Below are positions 53,501-64,000 of a stretch of DNA of 64,000 nucleotides, piece by piece (the stretch's first letter is position 1; every line of letters starts with the position of its first letter). Origin of the DNA: Paramecium tetraurelia (Eukaryota); the NCBI GenBank assembly GCA_000165425.1, contig CT868031.1:62001-126000 (forward strand). The letters run 5' to 3'. The notes under the pieces were generated by a model. The model had not been told where the DNA came from, did no database searches, and saw only the letters and a program-made list of their open reading frames with translations. Position numbers and translations under genes: made by a program.

Positions 53501-54650
53501 TTTGCGTTAAATTATTTCTTTATTTGATTTCAGTGAAACCAAGAATATCAATTTAATAATTAGAACTAATAACACTAGAGGAATCGTCATCATCGAATTA
53601 ATCTTAAAGTTCTTGAATTGCTTAATTGGCAAGAAAATAATTTTAGGGTTTAAAAGATCTATATGTATTCTCATCCTCATCTGCATGGTCAAATATCTAT
53701 TTAATAGTAAAAGTTGATTCCATTTATGATTACGATTCAGTCTGATTCAATTTCTTTTATTAAAGAAATGTCTGATACACTAATTCTGGATCCTTCTTTT
53801 AGATCAATAGGGTAAAAATGACCTCAGAGAAGATGCCATTTTAATATTACTTAAGGTTCTCTATTTTCTAAAAAAGTTATTTGTTATTTAAACCATAATA
53901 ATCAGATAAATTTTTTGGCAATGTTTGATTGTTTTCAAATACTTAGATCATCATCATTGATAATGCCCAGATGTCAATGTATTTTCTAAATTTTTAATCA
54001 GAGACATCAAATTCGTTCCAAGAGGAAACTCTGAAGTAGAAATTCTCTTCCTCCATAATTTTCTAGTACTCTTCAGGGTAGAAGAATATTAAATTATTCT
54101 ACCATTCTTTCTCTGCTTATCCTGTATATTCCTTAAGGAAATTTTAATAATGAGTTCTTGCGCTTCCAAAATCTGTGATAAGCACTTATTTTTTGTAGTA
54201 TAGGATATTGTTTGGCTTCAAATTTGTATGCTCGAATTAGGCCTTAAACAAAATACAAGCAATTTATAACAGTTATTCAAATATTTAAGCTTGTTCTTGG
54301 AAACTAACAGTGTTATTGTTTAAATATTGAAATAAGGGTTCGATGTCATCTTCACAATCATATGCAACAAATAGATTTCTTTGGTGGTTGATAGTTTCAA
54401 CTGTGTAATTTAGGATAGTAAGCACCTTTCCTGGATATTTCGAAGAAAGTATCCTTTAATTGAGTAGTTCTTAAGTGATTTTTTCCTTCCAAGTGAGCCA
54501 TTCTTTTTTAGTTTCAAACACTCTTCGCTTTATAATTTTATTGTCTTTGGATTTAAATAACTTTGTAAAGAGAGAAGTTCTTTGTATTGGTTATATTTAT
54601 TCATGAAGGGATTTGAAGGTCTATAAAGTTATTTGGAAATTAGTATTCAT
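50523..54650 (-). CDS. Large pseudokinase-MORN repeat protein (about 1375 aa, apparently intronless)
   Basis: FVAYDCEDDIEPL, HTNLKPNNIL, ITDFGSAR, IDIWALSMMM; long Q/N/D/E linker; MORN repeats YEGDFIMGYIHGQG, YEGEWKKNQRVGFG, YEGEFQDNVQHG; start, MORN region and stop share one frame. Confidence 0.85.
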
Positions 54651-55335
54651 ATCAAAATAATAAATATATTAATAACACAATTGTAATTCTCTCATTCATT
54701 AGAAAAAACATTATTTAAAATTACAATAATAAATCAACATTGAGCGTCAATCAAATAGAATAACAATTTTGAGAACAAATACTTTTACTAGTATAACAAT
54801 GAATCAAGAATTGAAGAACTATTAAAATGGTCAATATCATTAACAAAGTTCATAATCGAAGATAAAAATTAAATAAATTTGATAATTCTTAAGAGTTTAA
54901 AATTTATCTATAATTCTTGATTCTAGTATTTCTTTTAGTGAAATCAAGATATCTTTGTACTCAAATTAATGGAAAATTTACATTTTTCCATTATTAAAAT
55001 TCTTGTGATCCAATAAATAGTAGCTTAATTATTGAATAAAGTAAACATATGAATCTTATAAATGTGGATTCGATCACAAAACTTTATAAATGGATATTCC
55101 AAATAGCTATCATATTAATTTATACTCCCTTAAAATAGAATATAAATAGAGAGCCAAATCAATCGGGCTTTCTATTATTTTTGATGCAATGTTTTGCATT
55201 CTAGACCAATCGGATAGATTTCAAGATTGAATAATTGATTTTAATAGAAAGAGAGTTTGTATTATGAAGAATACGGAATGCTATGAAAGTGTTATCCATT
55301 TGAATTTTATTTTGACTATATTGAGATAATTTATA

Positions 55336-57244
55336 ATGATATAATAAAATAGAGTCCCCCAAAAAAAGTTTACTCTCAATCTACATAACTCAGCGACAGA
55401 TTATATCGACAGAATTCTATCAGAGGTGTCAGGTATAGGTATTAATTGATAGAAGGAATGAAATGTCTTATTTTGGATTAGGAAACCATTGGCATAATTT
55501 CACTCATCTACTCTCAATCGCAAATCTTGAAGAAGGATGTCTATTTGATGGAAAAGATTGATGCTGCTGCTTCGACTAAATAGAAGCTTTAGCATATGAA
55601 AGTAATCTTTTTGATTCGACCAACTTAAGTATGGAATGCATTTTAAATCTTTAGGAAAATTAAACATTGCTCCTATAAGAAATAAAGGATAAGAGATTTT
55701 GTGAATACTACATCTTCTTCACCAATACTTTAAGCAATTTCTATATTGAATAATTGGCGGAAGCAGATGACTCCGATCTAATCAAACAACTCCAAGAAAT
55801 TTATTTGGATTACTACATAGTACAACCAGATACTTTTACATTAAACATTCCCTCTACGATTGCATTAACTAAAAGTGTTTCGCAATGGAATGCAAAGGAT
55901 GAATAACTATTTCAAAGAGTTCTTGAGGGATTGAGTGCCACAGTATATAGTCTAAGAAGAATTCCAATGATAAGATATCAAGGATCGAGTGAAATTTGTG
56001 CTAAATTGGCATAAAAGCTAAGTTAGACAATGAGGGAAGAATATGAACAATCCTAATCCTAGTTTATGCTTTCAAATTGTTTGCTCTTGATTCTCGACAG
56101 AAGAGAAGATCCAGCAACCTTGTTATTGAATCAATGGACCTACTAGGGTATGCTCCATGAGTTGATAGGAATCCAAAACAATAGAATCGATATTCGTTAA
56201 GGTCAAAAGGCATTGAATTAAGCTGCGGTATTGTATTGATACCTATAGTTAGAGTATCGGTAAAACAGATTCAGAAAATGAGTTTGTGATATCATCTAGT
56301 TTGGATGACTTTTTTGCTGAAAATTAATACTCTAATTTTGGAGAATTAGCATAAAATATAAAAGACTTTATTGACAAAGTTACATAACAGAAGAAAGAGA
56401 CAGTGCAAATCAATTCATTAGAAGATATGCAGAAAGCTGTGGATAAGATTCCAGAAATAAGGAAGATGAGTGGTAATTTATCGAAGCATGTGGCGTTGAG
56501 TTGTGAATTATCCAAATTAGTTGAAGAGAGACAATTATTAAAAGTATCTAAAGTTGAATAAGACATTGTCTGCAACGAAGCCAAGTCTGAACATTAGAAG
56601 GCTGTATTCTAGATGCTTGAAGATAGAACGATATAAACCTATGAGAAATTAAAATTGGTTATGTTATATGCATTGAGATATGAGAATTGTGATAAAATCT
56701 CAAGGATGAAGGATGTGTTGAGGGATTTGGGTGTTAAAAACAACAGTTTAAATTTAATCAATCACTTATTGGATTATTCTGGTAAGGCTAGACGTCAAGG
56801 TGATTTATTCAGTGATAAAAATTTATTATCGAAGGCATAGCAAAAGTTCAAATCTGTTTTTAAGGATGTTCCCAATATATACACTTAACATTAACCATAT
56901 TTTCTTACTATTATTGAGTAAATTCTCAGCAACAAAATTAAAGATAACGAATTTCCAGCAACAAATTTGCATTACTTCAGAGAAAGACCTGCTGAGATTA
57001 TAATATTTTACGTTGGTGGAACATCCTTTGAAGAAGTCAAAGAAATCGGGTTGTTGAATAAATAGCGTATATAATTTAGAATAATGTGTTAGCCAATTCA
57101 CCAAACATCTTGTTAGGGGGTACCTACATTCACAATTCAAGAACCTTTCTTGCTGAGATTTGTTAATTAGCATATGAGAACAACATTGACATAGTTGTAG
57201 ATAAGTCCAACCCTAGGAGTGATAACAAATTTCATAAATTTTGA
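55336..57244 (+). CDS. VPS45: Sec1/Munc18-family protein Vps45
   Basis: [60 protein letters not shown]. Confidence 0.95.
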
Positions 57245-57286
57245 TTGGAATAACATTGATATTATTTTAAATACACATTAAACTTA

Positions 57287-59437
57287 TCAATAAGTATTAT
57301 TAAAGAAATAGAAGGGTTGCTTACTTTTGGAAAGACTGTTCAAATGATTGTTTTTAGATTGTTAAATCATTTACTTTAAAATACAACACACGGGTTTATT
57401 ATATCCAGAGAAAAAGCAAGGTTGTTCACATTTCTTAGCATTCAGAATTGCACTGTATCCAAAACTAAGAGCATTCTATTGAGTCGATATTCTATAAGTA
57501 TACCTTAATGTTCTTAATCTTGAATGTACTACTAGCAATATTGTTATTTTTATTATGAAGATCCAATATAACCAGTTCCTAACATCCTTAATCACTAACT
57601 ATAATAAAGCTGCTTACAACTAAAAGTATTGCTATTAATAAATATTTGGTTCATCAATTTACATATTTTCTGACTGGGAAGGCACTATATTGATTATTTT
57701 GTTATAATAATCCAAGTCTTGACCGTAAAGATCGAAGAAATCTAAAAAGTTCTTGCCAATTTCTTCGTTTTCGTTGTCCCTGATTCTTTTGATTTGCAAT
57801 AAAGCCAGAATCATAGTCAATATGCAATAACTATTGAGACCACCCTTATTAAACCACTTATTACTTAGTAGGAATTCAGTAAGTTGATTGATTTAAAGTA
57901 GAATTTCAACATTAAAGCTAAACTCCTAAATTATTTAAATTCTTTCTGAAACTCAATCATCGAATTAGCAGTCTTCCTTCCCGAGTGATCATTCCTACTT
58001 ATTGTAATATCAATTAGTTTATCTTAAAATTCTTTCGAACATTACATCTTCAACACAGGTTTCTTAGCATTTTCAATTACTTTGACATCCTTGATAAAGC
58101 TTGTCGTCTAAAACTAAATTCTATGATACTTTAAATTATTCTGCCAATTTGAATAATAGTATTATTTCTTCTGACTCAACCGTTTCGATAACTATGTCAA
58201 TATCAGAATCCAACAAATTCAGTCCTGTTTAACACGATCCATAAAGAAAGGCTCTAGATTTAAATTAGACATTTTGAACAGTCTAAGAAAGAGTATGATA
58301 AGAAATACCTCATCCACCAATTAGACTATCTTATCAATTATGGGTTTCTGCTCATCTAAATATTTACTCAATTCCTATGTAAATGTGTTGATTTCAAAAG
58401 TAAGTTGCCTAATAATCACCCAAATTTGTGTACTTAACAATATCATCTATACTAATTTTATGTTATGGCAATGTGTTTTTGGATTCACAAATCAATTAAT
58501 TATAAAATGATTAGTCTATAGCTATTGTCTCTGGAATCTAAACTTCTATTTCTTTTCTTTCCTTCATATACGTCTAAGTCTCCTATTCTCTTTTCTGTAC
58601 AATTTTATTCATTTTTGGTAGAATATCAGGCTCTCCTTCTTCTTATTTTCCAATTTTCTGAATATTTTCCTGCTATTCTTCTTATTTCTTTTTTCTATTT
58701 GGAGATTTTGTAAATAGAGTCTCTTCCATAATTAACAAATCTTTAATCTTCTCATTGGCAGCCACATCCAAAGGTGTTTGATTCTACTTATTTTTCCTCT
58801 GAAATAGAAACTCCCTCTGACAGATCTATTTAATTATATTTAATTCTCCTTTTCGAGAAGCCACATGTAAGGCTGTGTCACCGTTTTCATCTTAGCCAGA
58901 TGCTCCATATTTTTCTATGATTTTTGATGCAGTCTTATAATTGCCTTTTTGTAAGGACTTAATTAAATGCTAAGGTTTATCGAGAGACGTAATCTATAAG
59001 AGAGTTTCAACTATATCCCAATTATCTTATTCAGATTGGATTGCAATATCAAGTGCAAACTTAATTTATTTGGTTTCGATTCTCTCCTTATATTTGATTA
59101 TTTCATTCAGAATGCTTATCTTGGCTGTTCTTGCTGCATAAACGATGGCTGTGTTGCCCTAATTGTCCTTATAATTAAAATCAATGGATTGTCTTAAAGT
59201 TAGAACATATATACTTTAAAATTTATTGTATACATTGAAAGTGATCTTCACTATCTCTTGTGTTCTGTATGCATTCTAAAAAGGCTTACGAATAACTTGC
59301 TTATCCTATTTGATTCGTTCGAATAAATTCCTCCAATTAAACATATAATCCTACGAATCTATAACAGTTCGAATACCTTGATTTGTCAGATCGACAATTT
59401 TCTATTGATGGACCGTCGCCTATTGCATTTAGTGCAT
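57287..59437 (-). CDS. Ankyrin-repeat non-canonical poly(A) polymerase / nucleotidyltransferase
   Basis: Ankyrin motifs KDNQGNTAIVYAA and DENGDTALHVASRKG; FLYGSCQTGLNLLDSDIDIVI; GGLNSYCIL; several tiny introns. Confidence 0.88.
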
Positions 59438-59525
59438 TTACTTAATTTTAATTATAGCAAAATCTCAAAATGAAAGGTTTAATATGTAATAAGAAAAACA
59501 AAATTATAATTTTTTATTTTAATCA

Positions 59526-60195
59526 TCAAAATTGTAAACAGGATTCTTATAAAATAAGAGTCCTTTATCCATTGAGTAGGATATGAGCAAGTTCAAAGAG
59601 TCTCATATTCCCATCCAATTTCTAAGTCTTCACCCTACCAATCAAAATTGATAAATAGGGCACTTATAATTTGGCTCTATTGCTTCGATTCGCATAATTC
59701 TCATTGATCAGAACACTTAATTCCCTCACTCTGAGGAAGCATGACAGCATACTGATGTCAAAGGAGAATTCAAACTCGCTTTGATTCTTCAAGACAATGA
59801 TGTCAACTGAATAAACTGATTCCTTCCATAAATAACTTTCTTACCAGCTATTGCCTTTTTAAGGATCTCCAGACTTTAGTTTGTAATTCATCCATTTCAA
59901 TATACAGGGTAGGACTTAAAATTTAAATGAGTTACTACTTGATCCAAGCAATATTGCCAATCACTAATTTGTCATCCCTATATGATGGGTTTTTGGACTA
60001 CGAGTGATAATTGATCTCATCTTTTGTGGAAGCCCTTCTATAGACCATGATGTCCAAACTACGACAAAATTGGCTCGATTCATAACTAGTAGTTCTCCCC
60101 AAAGTGAAGTTAGAATCTTTAGGTTGAGCGTGGGAATGAAGCATTTAAACTTTTCTCAGTATGGAATACTCATTAGTTGCCACTACTTATTTCAT
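59526..60195 (-). CDS. Hypothetical protein
   Basis: Code-6 frame needing one intron near 59915-59938; exact splice unresolved. Confidence 0.55.
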
Positions 60196-60352
60196 TAATT
60201 AAAAAAAATGACTTGTTGTAATGTTGTCAAATTATGAAATTAAATAAATATACTATTGTGTAATAGTTTAGAAATAATAAGGATAATTAAATGCATAGAG
60301 CCTTTAAGGACTTTAGGATTTTAAATTTAATATTTTAATTAATTAATAGAAA

Positions 60353-61132
60353 ATGTAAAACCTAAAAATTGTCTATTAATAAAAAATACACAAATTACCT
60401 TCCAGCGTAGTTACATACCAAGATATCATTGATGCGGTGAAGAAAATATATCCAAACTTAAGTTAATTTTATTTATTTACGATTATTCCTTGTACAAATC
60501 ATTTATCACATTTTTCAAAGAATTTCAAGAAATAGAAGAAATCAATTGCGAATTCAGTTTCTCCTTTCTAAAGAAAATTTACAAGAAAGAGGGATGGACC
60601 ACAATTAAATTTCTGGTTCTAGAAGACAAAAATTTAAATAATTTGAATGCAGAATCATTGAGCGTGTTGAATCAGAGCTCAATGTTTATCAATAGTTCCA
60701 GACTCGACTAAACTTAATACTCGCAATTAAATTAAACTAGGTTGAATAAAATCTATTATTCTTAGAATTAAAATAGAGGAAATCAAATAAAAAGTTGATT
60801 ATGCTAAGGATGAGAAACTCAAAGAACAAGTCAAAAAGATCTTGGATGAGAAGCTAAAAGAATATGGACTAGTTAAAAATAAGATTATCATTACAGAGAT
60901 AACAATCCCTGATAATTATTTTCAAGAAAAAAAGAACGTTTATAATAAGGGTTGTCTTAACTAGTAATTTTTATTGATAACCTAAGTTGGAAAGAAGAAC
61001 CTGAGGGACTATTAAACTTTGACGAATTTCAACCTTAAATTTGATCGTATTACAATTTAATTATTCATAATATTTAACAATTACATTCTTACTTTCAATA
61101 TAATTAAGGATATAGTATATTCAATAGATTGA
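60353..61132 (+). CDS. PB1-like protein, paralog of 27454-28574; 3' part divergent or degenerate
   Basis: MQNLKIVYQQKIHKLP...EEINCE...EGWTTIKFLV...LNQS aligns to the 28574 gene with an intron at the equivalent position; 3' end uncertain. Confidence 0.6.
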
Positions 61133-61971
61133 ACAAAATAATTAGTCAAGGTTATAAATAAAATATATCTGCGATTAGGTATTATTAAAAAGAGAAGACA
61201 TAAGAGGAGAACTAAACAAAGTCTTTGTATATAATTAATAATAATTATACAAGTAAATATGATATGTTTAGAAAAGAAATTTAAATAAATTTCTATTTAA
61301 TTATGATCTATAATCTAATACTAAAATAGTTACTGTTTCAAAATCAGATAAAATGTATAATTTAATTCCAATAGGATAAAAAATCTCTGATATTGTCATC
61401 AATAAAAATTGTTGGATTAGCTATGATAATTATAACTTTATAAAGATTTATTTTACACTTTAGGGATTTGAGTTCAAAATATTTCATTTCTTTATATTTA
61501 TATTAATTTATTAAGTATTCTTTTAACAATGGCCTTTTAAGATGTCATATTCCTTTTTCATTAATATAAAAAAATATTGATTCAAAAAATCCAAGTTTTT
61601 TTGACATCGCTATTCCTAAATTAATTGAATCACTATTTATTTTATTACTAAAAAATTGAATAAAATTTTTTTTTTTTTGCATTCTTCTTAAATTTGTGGC
61701 TAATTAAAACATATTAATCTTATCCTTTTATTACTCCTTTATAATGGGATATTTTGCACAACACAATATTTAACCATGCTGATGTATTTTAACATTATAT
61801 TTTTCTATTTAAATAAAGCAACTTCTTTGTCAATTTAAATGCATTGAAATAAATTATCATATTTCTATTAACTATTTGAATATTCAGTTCTATACTACAT
61901 CATTTATTATATCCTTAGAGTGGTTCTCCAGAAATACACAACTTTGTAAAGAAGGTAATTTTCTTTTTTCA

Positions 61972-64000
61972 ACATATCTAAATTGAATACCTTTTTCTAA
62001 ACCAATATAATCAGAAGCATAATTCATAATTTAATTTGTGTCGAAGTTTTATCTAAATCAATTGTTACTTCTGATAAGTAACAATTTGATATAATAAGTT
62101 ATTTCATTATTTTAAAATATTTATTGATGATCTTTATTAAGTCAAGATTCTAAAGTTCAATATTTAATTTTCTATTACTTAAGAAATTCGGTTTTTAAGA
62201 AATAAATAAGTATTATATACTTATTCTAAATTTAATAGATAATTTTTTTATTGTGCTATCCTTTCTTAAAACGATAATATTTTTATTTATTTATTCTTAG
62301 AATGATTATTCTATATATTTATTTATTTATTCATGATATTGATTCACTTCTTCAATAACCATCTCAAATCTTCTTATTTAAGTATGAGATCAGATTTCTT
62401 ATCTGAATTTGCCAACTGCTATCTTATTTCTAACATTATTTTTAATTGACAAATATCTACTTAATTCAATTTATATATAAGACTTCACAACTCAATAGTT
62501 CATTGACTAATTATCTATACTTCCTAAAACAGTCATATTGAAAAGATAAAGTATTTATAACTTTCAAATTATTTACAATTATGAATTTTACGAAGCTTAA
62601 GATTTAAATTTCCCCGCATTTTACAACTTAAAAATATTACTATTAGATTAAACATTCCAGTAATTGTTATTAAGAGTATTATTTGAGTTTAGCGAGCTGT
62701 TAATAATTTATATTTATAAATTATGAAATATCTAGATCTTGTAAATCATAAATATATTGGCAATATAAAACCAATCTTAATTTTTTTTTCTTTATTATTT
62801 AAAATGAATAATCAACAAAAATTCCACCAATAAACTAAACACAACAAACATATAAAAACTAATTAATTACTAATAAGGATAAAATTGAAAAGAAGTTTAT
62901 AGCAGAATCTAATATTTAATTAGAATGCCAAAAAGAATTAGCTTAATTGTAGGAAGAACGTGGAAAGAAGTATGGTAATTATGTTTTGGGCATTTAAACA
63001 ATTCGTGATAACTAGAAGACTAAAACTTTTACAGTTACCTATGGTTGTGACAAATCTGCTATACCTTTATCAAATATTAGATTCTCTTCGCCAAAGCATA
63101 AAATTTAGATATTCAAACATTTGTACTTAATTTATGGGTTTTTGAACAAAGAACAAATGTTACATAGAAATCTTAAACCCAATAATATAATTTTGTATAA
63201 TCGATAATTATTACTTACAGATTTTGGTTTTAAATTAGGTAATTGGATGATTGATAAAATCAATTTTTTAGATAAAATTGATAGTATTCAACAGGATAAT
63301 ATGTATCCATATCTATCTCCAGAGATTGTAAACATTCTTGTCAGCTAAAATAGTTTTGGTCATAAAAGAGATGCTCTTAAAAACAGGCATTAATTATCTG
63401 TGAAAAAGCAGGATTAATTTGCAATCGCAATTATGATGTTAGAGGTCTTTATTCCTTTAAAGGATAGAAAATTAGCTACTGCTAAGGAAAGATAAGAGCA
63501 GATTAATGATATGAACTTATCCGACGATTTTTCAAATGAAGATGAAAAATTCATAAAAGCAACAATTTTAAGTCTCATATACTATAAAGATTTTAATGAA
63601 AATGATTTCTAAAATACATTAAAGGTTATTAATGAAATTGAATAATAGAGTGAAAATTACAAAATAAATAAATAGGAATTAATGACATAAGAGTATGATG
63701 AATAGGTCAAAAAAGTCTTAGCAAATAAAGATACTTAATTTAATTTAAAGCTACTTTATCATTTTAACATCAAAAACCTTATCGATTGCTAAAGTATTGC
63801 AAACAATCAAGAAAATAAAGAACTAATAGAAGAGATTACAAGATTTTAACTTCTCTATTCCTAAATTGATGACTTAAGTCTAGATACAACTGAGGAACAT
63901 ATTAATTAATTTACAAATGAAGATTTATTCATTTTATTAGTTTATTTGGATGAAAAAATAGAAAATTTACAAGATTCTTAAAATAAATTACCGCATCTGA
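61972..64000 (+). repeat. Segmental duplication, copy B (partner 8016-9970), runs off the window end
   Basis: Colinear similarity to 8016-9970 in both the upstream and coding parts. Confidence 0.93.
62804..64000 (+). CDS. Pseudokinase paralog of 8809-11118 (5' part only; ATG one base out of frame, so pseudogene or assembly indel)
   Basis: HRNLKPNN at 63163, TDFG, PYLSPE; main frame open from about 62821 to the window end but ATG 62804 is in another frame. Confidence 0.8.

Noticed and set aside
1..64000. CRISPR arrays, tRNA/rRNA genes, telomeric C4A2/C3A3 arrays, transposases or retained IESs
   Set aside because: None recognised by eye; conserved genes are interrupted only by GT-AG introns. 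Short ncRNAs or intergenic IESs could be missed without a search

Overview
AT-rich, very gene-dense eukaryotic DNA from a ciliate macronuclear genome, most consistent with Paramecium (aurelia-like). Conserved genes read through TAA/TAG as Gln (translation table 6), end only at TGA, and carry tiny GT-AG introns, mostly 23-29 nt. The supplied standard-code ORF track is therefore fragmentary and often antisense. Re-reading by eye in code 6 gives about 40 genes. Recognisable ones are dyskerin/Cbf5, Vps28, a hybrid histidine kinase, Vps71/ZNHIT1, RPL15, an AFG1 ATPase, a SAXO-like protein, importin-beta, a Na+/H+ exchanger, an AGC kinase, JHY-like, TORTIFOLIA1-like, cytosolic MDH, NDUFB8-like, Vps45 and two non-canonical poly(A) polymerases (one MEE44-like, one fused to ankyrin repeats). 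The most unusual element is a three-member, apparently intronless family of pseudokinases (HRN/HTN instead of HRD); the two complete members end in MORN repeats. Two members lie in a segmental duplication (from about 8016 and from about 61972) that also carries a decaying divergent ORF. No tRNA, rRNA, CRISPR, telomere array or transposon was recognised. All annotations are manual; exon boundaries and family calls were not verified by any search.
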